Assembly (NCBI GenBank): GCA_905178155.1
Contig: CAJINV010000002.1
Location: forward strand, 6,912,743 to 6,976,742
Source of the DNA: Amoebophrya sp. A120
Taxonomy: Eukaryota; Protista; Dinoflagellata
Direction: 5' to 3'
DNA: 64,000 nt
In this document: in pieces, positions 35,519 through 45,908 of the stretch
Layout of the letters: each line of letters begins with the position of its first letter
How positions within the stretch are numbered: position 1 is the stretch's first letter
The notes under the pieces: generated by a model
Told to the model about the DNA's origin: nothing
What the model saw: only the letters and a program-made list of their open reading frames with translations
Database searches by the model: none
Program-made: the position numbers and the translations under genes

Positions 35519-38500
35519 ATGTCCACCACCGCGCTCCCAACGCCCGTGCGTGTTGTCGTTCCCCGAGGTACAGTCCGATCCTCTTCCGCCGCGCCTCACC
35601 GCAGGAGGAGCAAAGACGCAACAACCGGCACACCCGTCGTCGATGTGGTTGAAGAGGATCTGGATATCTTCGGGAAATCGATCGAAGACAATGTGGAGAA
35701 TGTTTTGTGGTTCGGTCCGGCGAACGCAGCGCTGAAAACTGTCGGCTTGGTCGCGTCTTTGGATGACGATGTTGGCGCGAGTGTTGTGGGTGTTTCCTCA
35801 TCGTTGTCCAGCAGCAGCAAGTGCTTTGTATTGCAGAAGCTCGCTCACGCTGTGGATTCGAAACTGCGGAAAATTGTTGAACGACATCCAACTTTTATCG
35901 CGAGTGATAAGAAGACTGATGGCGGGGGACCACCAGGCCGCAGCTACAGCTTTTCTGTCAGTTGTGTTTCCGTTCCGAACCAAACAAGTGCCACTACCGC
36001 CCCTTCTGTCGACAACCAGCCTCAGATCCTCTGTCCCAAAACAGCCTACGACAGTAAGGCGGAGCTGTGGGAGGAAATCATCCGAGAAAGATGCCTTGCC
36101 AACCGTTGGCGCATGGCACTGTCTGCTTGTGATTCCCAAGCCGCTTCCAGTCTGCTCTTCACTTGGACCGTGGAGAGAAAGGCAGACGTGGTTGGAACTA
36201 GTACTGGAGTCGCGGGTGGCAGTTTGCATCCGGCGCTGTCGTTCCTAAACAATCCGTCGAATTCCAAGAATTCGTCCGAGGAGTTCCTGTTCATGGTGCA
36301 GCTATTACTCCTGCCGACCATGGCAGCCCAAAGTGGCATCTACGACACCTTTCTCAAACAGGTCGCCGTTTCCAACATTCACCGGCAGCTGACGACGAAG
36401 GACACACCGAAAAGACAAATAACGGCTCCAGGAACTACTACAGAATTCCCATCCATCTCCATCGAACAGCTCCTGCAGTGCTTTTTTGCCTGCTCGACCT
36501 TTCGCGCAACCGTTTTGCTGTTCGGTGAGGGAAGAGAAAACGGGAATGTCGTGAACGCGTTGGAGATCGCGATTGGAGAAATGCGAGCAAATTTATCCAG
36601 GAAAAACACCCATCCCCATCCAATTTGTCATGCAAAACATGCATAAAATCCACTTCCACTGTTTGCCATGCCAAAAATGGATGGGGATGAGGGTGTTCTC
36701 CTGGATAAAATTTCGCAGCATTGTCAGCTGAAAGTCTCGACCACAACACAATCAAGGACCACAAAAGTGTTGATAAGATTCTCCAATCCGTCGGACGAGT
36801 CGTGCCAGAATACATGAGTTCTCTGAGCAAGAGGGTGACCACGGAAAAAAGTTCAACCGCGGCAGGGGCAGGAAGCGGCAGTATCAAAGCGGAGAAGCGG
36901 GTTTCTTTCGATGGCGCAGCAGCGGAACAGGCGGGGAGCTCGGGAGGTCTGCCGGGAGGAGGAGGTGGCTTGTTAGGCGGAACATCGAGCGACAAGACTG
37001 CGACTGGTGTTCCAAAGATCATAAAGAGCAACGAAAATAAGGACTCAACCACTTCTGTGCCTTTGTTCTATTTGCTCGGTCGACATCTGGATCCCGTGTT
37101 AGATCAGGCGTTTTGTTTTGGTTTCCAGGAAAACACTGTGGCTCCTGATCAGATGAAAGTTGAATTTTCTGTCCGAGAGCCACTCTGCACGATTTCATCT
37201 ACATCTGCCGCGGCCTCAGCATCAAACTCCACGGCAACATCTTCATCCGCAGAGCGGAGCCAGGTTCTGATAGCGCCTGGCGAAGACGCCGCGCAGTCAA
37301 CGATGATCACAGTTTACCCATTCGCTTCGTCTTCGAATAAATCCGCTGACGCTACCGGTGTCGGTGCAAAGGTAACACTTCAACTGAGCTTACCTGCTCC
37401 TGCAGCTTCTTCAAAAGCAGATCACACCGGCGCCGAACAACCAGCAGCCAAGCCGAATGTGATCTTGACAAAACCTCCTCCAGGAAACAAGTCCTCATCT
37501 TCTCTGAAGCTCCGGATTAACGGAGTTTTGCTTCGAGACGAGAGCTATGCATTGCAAAACTATCGTACTAGTATAAATTGCATTACAAATTTTCCCAAGA
37601 AGAAAAATGCAATTTGTCATGCTATTTCAGGTAGAAAGTTGGATTTGTCATGCATATCTGCAATTAGTACGAGTGCGATACTTTTGCACAGGATAAGAGT
37701 TGTGCGCTCCAACCAGGCGATCTTATTTCGCTGAACGACGTCGGCCCGGTATTACAACTCGTATCCGGGGAGAATAAGAAACCTGACTTTCCGCAGCCGC
37801 TCCCCTCCGCAAACGAAATCCAGACTTTGGCTGCGATGAACCTGCGGGAAAGCAGCTCCTCGGCGGATGGAGGCTCCGCCGGCGGAGACAGAACGCCGAT
37901 CAAGGATCCGTACTTCTCCAGTGCGTATTTCAACGACACATCACCCACCGCGGTGCGAAAGTCTGGTAGTGTGAGTCCGACGAGAAATAGGAGTGTGGGA
38001 TTGGGATTTGCACAAGACGATCCTGTACAGCACCAGCGCGAACGAACGCCCGCAGATCAAGCACCGCCTCGATTGCGATCTTCACAAGGTGGAAACGCAA
38101 CCTCATCTGCAGGAGCCACGTCGTCCTCTCCTGTCTACGAGAAGATTTTATCCGAAGCATTTGGAATCAGTCGCGATCCGCTGGCGACGGAGGGGAATCT
38201 TTTGTTGCAGGAATTCAACTTGTTAGACGTCGGGAGAGGAGGTTGCTTCGAGAAAATCTTCGTAGCATCTGCATCTGAGCAAAGCAGCACAGCAGGTTAT
38301 AGTAGAGGGACAAGTAAAAGTAGAGGAAGTGGTGCTCGGAAGCAGGTGCTCTACTCGTATCGCTCCGAGTACTTTGACTCGGAGAAGATGCTGAAAAACT
38401 ACTTGCCGAATCTGCGGTATTTGTACGCCGCGACAACAGGGGTCAACCCATCTTCTGCAAGTGCAGCTTCGTCAGCGGCACAGGAACAAGCTGGTGCTCC

Positions 38501-39221
38501 TACAAAAATTGCAGGAGCAGGAGCAGTAACATCCACAACCACGACCAGCACCAGAGCGTCGCGCCTCGCAGACTTGATTCGCCAAGAGCCATGGCGAGAC
38601 CCGTGCAAAAGTTCTTGGAGTTCATTGGATTTGGAGTTGTTCCTTGCCGGATGTTTGTTAAAAGGCGGAGGAAACAGCAGTAGCACGGCGACTGGAGGTG
38701 GTGTAGTATCAAGCGCTGCAGGTGATGGCACGGCAGTGCGGGAACAAGAACCAAGCGACGCACGGGCAGTAGCCGCGACGGCCGCGGCCTCTGTGCCTGC
38801 TGTTTCATCGCACATTGCGGCTTCGTCCTTTCTGCAAGGCCGGCAGTTTGCAGAAGAGCGCGCAACGGTTTTCGGTCCGGGAATTTCCGCATCCTCTTCT
38901 GCGGCCGTGGTGGACCAGGAAACGCAGACAAGCGACGAATTGAGTCCGAGACGAAAGAGCTTGTCCGAACGGAACGGAGGAAGTACAGGGATTGAGGGTG
39001 GGAGTGGAACGGGTGCAAATGGGCCAGATTCTGCTGATCATGCCGATCTTGCACATAAGAGCATCGCGAAAGAAGACTTTCTGAAAATGCAAACTGATAT
39101 AAAGAAGGTCGCATTGGAAAAGAACTTCGATTCCGCGCTGAGTCTGCAACTAGAACAAATCCACAAAATGAAAGATCGCTTGAGCCAAAATCATCCGATG
39201 ATGCACAGCACGAGAAAATGA
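35519..39221 (+). CDS. hypothetical protein, ~1140 aa, with an FHA-like segment and C-terminal coiled coil; possibly a degenerate kinesin-like protein; join(35519..36593,36713..37545,37701..39221)
   Basis: Three ORFs are fused by removing two TAT..ATA elements. The second junction gives LRINGVLLRDES|CALQPGDLISL, like an FHA C-terminal strand pattern. Confidence 0.72.
36594..36707. mobile_element. small introner-like element, 114 bp, direct repeat AAATT
   Basis: TATCCAGGAAAAACACCCATCCCCATCCA / TGGATGGGGATGAGGGTGTTCTCCTGGATA. AAATT at 36589-36593 and 36708-36712. Removal gives RAN|FAALS. Confidence 0.9.
37546..37695 (+). mobile_element. introner-like element, 150 bp, direct repeat AGAGC/AGAGT
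   Basis: TATGCATTGCAAAACTATCGTACTAGTA ... TACGAGTGCGATACTTTTGCACAGGATA; full-length similarity to 21713-21868. Confidence 0.92.
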
Positions 39222-41107
39222 AAACAACACCAGTGAAAGTTGATGAGCTGATGAAACAAAATCCGTTCTGCGCTCACCACGAATACGAAATGCGCGAGGT
39301 CATGTTCTACTCGGAGTTGCGGAGCGCACTGTTGATCATGATTCCTTGATCATGCTAGAAGGAGAAAAGCCACTTGCTTTGCTAGATCTATGCATGTGCT
39401 TGGTAATTTGTTATCTTGTTTGAAGATGTCGGCTGCAACGCGTCCGCGTACCGCGGACCGCGTACGGATCCAGACCAGAGCACTCTGGTCCGTCGTGCGT
39501 GTTCGCCGGTTTTTGCCCCGGCGCGCGCCTGGTTCGGGGGTGGGTTGGCGGTGGTCGCAGTTCTTTCCTGAATGGCTTCAAGCCTTTACGGGCCGCGGAC
39601 ATCCCCGGTCGGAAACCCGCCCGGGGCCCACCCCGTGAGGCAGGTGGCCTCCCTGCTCCCCGTCGGTGGTCGCGCATACCGGGGCCATGTCTGCAACCCC
39701 TCGCAGGGGCGAGCGCAACGGGCCTAGGTAGCCTCTGGCGCCACCCACGGCAGTTATTGCCGGGGCAAGGCCGAGGGCCGCAGGCGGCCGGCCCTCTTTC
39801 AATTAGCCGAGGGGCCGCAGTGCCTGCCGCACTCGCCCGCCAGCTTTGTAAGAAATCCATTGCGGACGCCGCTCGCGGACAGCGCCCAGCCAGGCTGCCT
39901 CCGCGATCGGTCTGCCGGATTTCGATGGCCGGCCGCCGAGGTCGGTGCGTGGCGCGCTTGGCCAGGGGAGCGGGGCGAAAATCTTCGGGCCTATTCGGGA
40001 CCCGTCCCTGGCACTGCCGCCGGCGTCGCATACGAAATGGAGTGCCCTGCTGCGAGTTCGCTGGGTAGAAGCGAAGGGCGTCGCGGTCTTTGTTGGCCCT
40101 GCCATTGTCTGGCGTTGCCACCCGGGATAGGGCGCCCGCTCGACAACCGCCGCGCCGGGCGGGGTGCAAGAGCAAGGGGGCGCGCGTGGGTTGCCTCGGA
40201 TCTCTCTGGAAGCGGCCCCACTGGAAAGTGCCCCGCGCCCGCACGAGCTTGCTGCCGCCGGGCTGATTTCGGACGGCGGCAGCGCCGCCGGCGCAGGGCA
40301 GGGGATTAGATGGCGCGGCGGCATCCATTGGCGCGGCGCCGCGCCACGCCTGGCGCGGCGGCCCTCGGGCGGGGCCCCTTTGCCGCGCTTGTCGCTCCGG
40401 CGTATTCACTGCCTGAGAGAAGTCGCGGCGCGCGCCTAAGCTGCGCGGCGTGGCTTGGCGGCCCGCCTCCTGGCCCGCTTTCTTGTTGGCAATGGGCCCG
40501 CCCTTTGCTCCCGCCGCATTCCGCCCGCCCGCCCGGCTGTTTGTTCTTGTCGGGTGATGTTTGTCCCGATGGCCATTAGCCTCATGGCGGGCGGCCGGGC
40601 AGTGTCACAATCCGCCTTCACCTCGGGACCCTCGCTCCCCTGGCCTCCCTGCCTCTGGCTCTGTTTTTCATTCATTCCGCCCTCGGGGCGGTGTCAAGGA
40701 GGGTCATTACCAATGTCGCCGGCGCCAAGATCTGGGCGCAGAGCTAATCTGCCGCCGGGCCCATATTCACGCATTGTTTTTGCTGTTATGCCGTATGCGT
40801 ATTTATTTCCTTATTTTAATACTCGCGCTCCCGGCAATTGAAGTCGTACTTTTTGCCTCTTCCTCTCGTTGTTCCCTTTCCTCAACCCCTGTGATATGAA
40901 GAACGGCACTTGATGCCTAAATACAACTATGAAAATCAAACTACGATCTCTCCATGTCACAGGTGGGAAGCTGCTTACTTATTCGCATATAGAAGCTGAG
41001 CGCCAGAAGTAGCGACGAGTGTCCGATGTTTATTTCTTAGATGTAAGTACTTACTTACCCCATAGTACTCATAGTTTCCTCTTCTTGATAAACGCAAACT
41101 AGCCACC

Positions 41108-43768
41108 ATGGGCGTGACGCGACAGGAATTCGAATTGGCAAAGTCGTCAGCTCGGACCTTTTGGGTCGGGCTTGGGTTTGTGTATGTGCAGCTGGCAGTA
41201 TTCTGCTCGGGTGCCGGTCTGTTGAGCAGGAGTTGGAAACCAGAATTGCCTACCCCAAAGAAGTACGCAGATGTGATCGCAAAGTGTTGCAATGTCACTG
41301 TGGCTTCCGGTCCCGCTGGCATTGTGCACGAGGATGAAGAACAAGCGACCGCACTTTCGCATGCCGTTTCACGATCAGCGCGAGAGTCCTCTCTGCGCCC
41401 TCAGTCGGAAGGGAGAACGAGAACTCCAGCAGCGAAGCCACGGAGTGCCTCGACGAATCCCACCAGACCGCAAGCGTCACTGCGACCTGCAGCGACGTCC
41501 GTCCATCGTCGGACGAAGAAGGTACTACAGCAGGACCACGAGCAGCCGCGGGCAGCCAGAATATGGGTCAGTGGCACTCAGAAGAGGTTGCGCCAAGCGG
41601 CTTCTGAGGAATTTCAATTTGACTCAGTTGAGACAACCCCAGCACCAGCAGCTGCAGCTCCTGCCCCACGCACGCTGTCACCATCACGCGGACGCTCTTC
41701 AAGGAGGAAGCAAGCAGGAAAGGAATCAGCTTCAGCTCCCCCTCCCCAGACAGCACTAGCTGATCGCGCGGACGCCCCCGACGCGGCATCAAAAAAGGAC
41801 TCAGCCCATTCTTCTGCCAAGGTAGACGAGCAGTCCAGCGATCCCGCTGACTACAGCAGCTGCTATTCGGATGCCGATACCCGCATCCCAACCTCCGACA
41901 TGTCCCTTTGTGAGTTGTCTCTCAGCACATCCTCTACCGACCCAAGGAGGGCAGAGCTGCTAGCCGCCTTCGCAGCGGTCGCAAAGCAGGCTGGAGCAGC
42001 AGGACGACGGGAAGCCGTGATAAGGCGGGAAGCCAAGGGGAACAAGATGGAAGATGCTGATAAAGAACTGCCAGCATCAGAGCATGAAGATCGGGAAGGG
42101 GAGCGCATCAGGAGAGAAAAACAAGACCAATCCAAGAGGGATTCCGAGGTGAGACAGATGCTCGTGCTGGAGATTTTGAAAGCAAAGGCGAAACCGTTAC
42201 CACCACAGCTGTCCTCGTTGCCACCAGTGATGGAACGCTCTAGCAGCTCAGGAACAAGTTCTTCTGGCGAAAATGCTACTCCACCAGCACCTGCTGCCCA
42301 AGGCAGCGCAGGCTCTGCTTGCGTGTCGGTCTCCTGTGTGCAGCTGCCCTTCGGAGCTTTAACCGCGTCGCCCGAAGACAAAGAGACGAGGGAGGTTCTA
42401 CATCTGGAACCCGCAATAGCCACGGGAGTATGCGGTTCAGGAGAGCGATATCCTGAGCAGTTGCAGCTACACAACCGGGTGATGTATCGCGTAGAGGGAA
42501 ACCAGTCGAGCTTCTTGACCCCCTGGCACGTGCAGCAGTGTTGCCCCTACGTGCCCCGCTCCCAGGCAGAATTCAGCGAAATGCAGCGCTTTCTTGCACA
42601 TCTTCGGCAGAAAAAGATGCTCGGGGAGACCGCGACTATTCCAGAACCCGTGGCTCCGTGCTTTGTGTGCTGTGTGCCGGTGGCCCTTGACGCAGTGACG
42701 AGAACTCCATCACCAGTAGAGACAAAAGACCAGGCTGCCCAGACGCAGATCACTCCCAACGACGAGAGCTTGCATCCGAGGGTGCTGGAGCTCTTCGCTG
42801 TAAACGGTAATTGTTTTCATCGTGATAATTGGCCACGGACCGAAGATGTTGCAAGTGCGACAACGACGGAGCAGGCAACAGCAACGACGACGGACCAGAT
42901 CTTCACTCCCGCTAGACAGCCAGAAAGCGCAGACCACGGAGCAGAACAACATCTCTACTGGTGCGCGGTGCGATACCCTCCGCGTGATTCTGATTTTGAT
43001 GTTGCTGCTGGTGCCGCGTCCGCGGCCACCCCTGGCGCTCCTGCGGCTTTACTTTCACCTGCAATGGAAGAAACTGCAGAAGAGCACCAAGCTGCTTCGA
43101 CCCTTCACCGCCCGAAAGCGCATCGAGCAGACTCTACTTTCTCCTTGATTTCGGAGTTTTTGGCGAATACCGATGGTGAGACCTCCGCTCCCAGCAGCGG
43201 TTCGAATCCGGAGCCACAAGTGCAAGCCGGTCCTGCATCATCCACAGCCTCAAGCAAAAGCAGGCGGAGCAGCAAGAAAAGATCGAAATTTGTTCCGCCG
43301 GCTCTGCGTTTGTCAAACTCCGATGAAACGGACAGAACAGCGGGCTCCACGTCCCCGTCTGTGGAAGTAGACGGGCAGAAATACTACGCGCCGGCTGGAC
43401 AGGATGCTGCAACGGCGAGCGTCGCCGGACCGTTGAGGGGATTCGAAGATATCGTCCGTCGCCCGAATACTTTCGCCAGCATTAAAGGCCCGCTGCTTGA
43501 TGCCGATCCAAGCTCGTCGTCCCATCAGCTGCCGTTTCCACCACCACCGCAACCTTTGTCCACTCCCTCGACCCAGGCACCGTCGACACCGCAGAGTACC
43601 CTGGCAGCAAGCTCGGTGCAAGGAACGCCAAACTGCCTGCGGCCGCACGAACCGCCTCCGGGGCTTGGGAGTTTGCTGGGAAGTCGGAGCGGAACACCAG
43701 ATCTGTTCGGTGTGATGAAACCGCACCAGGAGGAGACGGAGACCATGCACATCCACATTTGCGATTAA
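41108..43768 (+). CDS. hypothetical low-complexity protein, 886 aa
   Basis: Single long ORF, start context GCCACCATGG, N-terminal hydrophobic stretch, S/A/P-rich, same strand as its neighbours. No domain recognised. Confidence 0.6.
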   Translation: MGVTRQEFELAKSSARTFWVGLGFVYVQLAVFCSGAGLLSRSWKPELPTPKKYADVIAKCCNVTVASGPAGIVHEDEEQATALSHAVSRSARESSLRPQSEGRTRTPAAKPRSASTNPTRPQASLRPAATSVHRRTKKVLQQDHEQPRAARIWVSGTQKRLRQAASEEFQFDSVETTPAPAAAAPAPRTLSPSRGRSSRRKQAGKESASAPPPQTALADRADAPDAASKKDSAHSSAKVDEQSSDPADYSSCYSDADTRIPTSDMSLCELSLSTSSTDPRRAELLAAFAAVAKQAGAAGRREAVIRREAKGNKMEDADKELPASEHEDREGERIRREKQDQSKRDSEVRQMLVLEILKAKAKPLPPQLSSLPPVMERSSSSGTSSSGENATPPAPAAQGSAGSACVSVSCVQLPFGALTASPEDKETREVLHLEPAIATGVCGSGERYPEQLQLHNRVMYRVEGNQSSFLTPWHVQQCCPYVPRSQAEFSEMQRFLAHLRQKKMLGETATIPEPVAPCFVCCVPVALDAVTRTPSPVETKDQAAQTQITPNDESLHPRVLELFAVNGNCFHRDNWPRTEDVASATTTEQATATTTDQIFTPARQPESADHGAEQHLYWCAVRYPPRDSDFDVAAGAASAATPGAPAALLSPAMEETAEEHQAASTLHRPKAHRADSTFSLISEFLANTDGETSAPSSGSNPEPQVQAGPASSTASSKSRRSSKKRSKFVPPALRLSNSDETDRTAGSTSPSVEVDGQKYYAPAGQDAATASVAGPLRGFEDIVRRPNTFASIKGPLLDADPSSSSHQLPFPPPPQPLSTPSTQAPSTPQSTLAASSVQGTPNCLRPHEPPPGLGSLLGSRSGTPDLFGVMKPHQEETETMHIHICD

Positions 43769-43836
43769 GTAGCGGAGTCAGGCGATTGAGTGCCGCAGCT
43801 CCAGCTTGGCTGCAACTTGTTTTGTATAATACGTAG

Positions 43837-45908
43837 GAGTGGGGTAACAATGAAATCCTTATCCGCCCCCCCGGCGGATAAGCCGGGGGGGGGCCCCCCC
43901 CCGGCTTATCCGCCGGCGGGCTGTCCCGAAATAGGCCCCATGAACTGGCCCGGCCCCGGCGCCCCTCGGGCTCACCCCAGCGGCGCCGGGGCCGGGCCAA
44001 TTCATAGGGCCTNGGGGGGGGCCCCCCCCCGGCTTATCCGCCGGCGGGCTGTCCCGAAATAGGCCCCATGAACTGGCCCGGCCCCGGCGCCGTTTGGATG
44101 AGCCCGAGGGAGCCCGGGCCGACACACGGCACGCCGCTGGTGCTTATGGTTTTTTTATAGTAATGCGCAGGAAGTTGCCAAGCGTCGCACTCGCACCATC
44201 GGGGTTGGCAGAGCAAGAAAATGGAGGGACACAGCGCGTCAATGTTTGCCATGCAAGCAAAACAAGGCGGAAAGACGTGGCGTTGGGAATTCACACACAG
44301 AAAGTAGATAGCCTCGCACGTCGGGGCCTGTTTAGGGGTTTTGTCAATAGAAGCCCGGCCCTCATCACGTTACAGGCAGAAGAGACACACACACACACAG
44401 ACCGAGTCCGGCAGCGCGCCTCGCAAACAAGGGCGCCGGGCTTCACGCGTACAGGCTGCCTTGGGGCTGTTCGCAGGTGAAAGCGCCTCGCTGGCTTTGC
44501 AAGCTACTCACAAGCCCCGACGGCTACCAATTGACTCGCGCTGAAAACAGGCCACACAAGAAATCACCACTCAGCCCGCAGCCCCATGCAGGCCCCCGGA
44601 GCTGCTGCCCCGGCGCCCTGGCGCCATGCGTGCCGCGTGGCGAGGCGGCCGGGGTGCCGCGAGTGAGCCAGCACGGGGGTGGTAGCTCGCTGGTAGCGGG
44701 CTGCGGCTTGCCCAGGGCCACAACCCGCCGCACTGGGCCCCGGGGCCTGTGCGGCGGGAAAACCCCACCGGGGCCCGAGGTGGGAAGCGGGAAAACGTGC
44801 AATGGGAACCGAGAAAACCTCATTGGGCCCCGAGGCCTGTTGCGCGTCACTAACTTCGGACGAGCATCTGCGCCGCGCCGGAAACCTAGAGCACATTGGC
44901 CGGCGGCGGTATGAAAAAAAAAGCCGGCGAACAAAAGTAGAGCGCGCGAGGCTATCGCCCGCGCGGCTCAATTGCTCAAATATCTATGGCCGTGGCGGAA
45001 GCTATTGAGCCGCGCTGTGGCAAGCTAACATGTCACCAGCACGGCCCGGCCCGCGGCCCAGGAAATGGCTGCCCAGCCTAGAGCCCCCTCCTGCCTCGGT
45101 AGAATATAAGTCGAGCACGCCACCGGAGGGAATTTTACCAGCGATGGCGCCCCACATTTATAAGAGGCGAGCCCTCGGCGCGCAGCCGTGGGCGTTGTCG
45201 CGGCCTGTTTCGGTGCGTGGCAGCCTGGGCCCATTGAAAAAGCAGGGCGGGGGGCCCATGACGGGCGGCGGGCTTGGGTTTGCACAGGCGCACACCCCTA
45301 GAAGGCGGGCGCGCGCAAGATGAAACCCTCAGCCCGTTGCGTTTCATTCTCGCTTCGGACCCTAAGCCGCTGCCTGCAGGCATGCGTGCCCAAGAGCAGG
45401 GCAGCATGGCCTGGCAAGTACGCACACAGCCCGAATGATGTAAGCGAGGAAGCTCGGCGGCCCTCACGCTGGGGGTTTACTTCTGTGGGGCAAGTTCTAG
45501 CCCTGGCCCTGTGTGCCCGCTGCTATTTGCTGGCCCACTTCTTGCATGGCGAATGTATTCCCCAAGCTTTAGCACCTTTTGCGTGGCAAGTATGTATCTG
45601 CTGGCGGTTTTTTTAAGTCTAAAGCGGTCCCGGCAGTGAGTGTAGAGCCTTCAAATGCTGCGCCTGCTACTTTCAAAGAAACACCTCAAAGGCCGGCGGC
45701 GTCATGCCGTCGACCTTTGTGGTGTTTCAAAATCTTCCCACAACATGCCGGATGTTGTCGGCATTTCCGGGTCCTTCAGGCGATGGTAGCGCCCGGCCAC
45801 TTTGTCGCGGCTATACCGGTACGGCCCGCCGGCGGATAAGCCGGGGGGGGGCCCCCCCCCGGCTTATCCGCCGGGGGGGCGGATAAGGATTTCATTGTTA
45901 CCCCACTC
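43837..45908. mobile_element. 2.07-kb non-autonomous TIR DNA transposon (PIF/Harbinger-like by its 3-bp TSD)
   Basis: 85-bp TIRs (43837-43921 and 45824-45908) beginning GAGTGGGGTAACAATGAAATCCTTATCCGCC. TAG is duplicated at 43834-43836 and 45909-45911. GC-rich interior with no transposase ORF. Confidence 0.88.

Noticed and set aside
43896-44090. Local duplication of the inner TIR half plus flank (copies around 43896-43962 and 44014-44090)
   Set aside because: The junction contains an N at 44013 within G/C homopolymers, so a scaffolding or assembly artefact is as likely as real structure.
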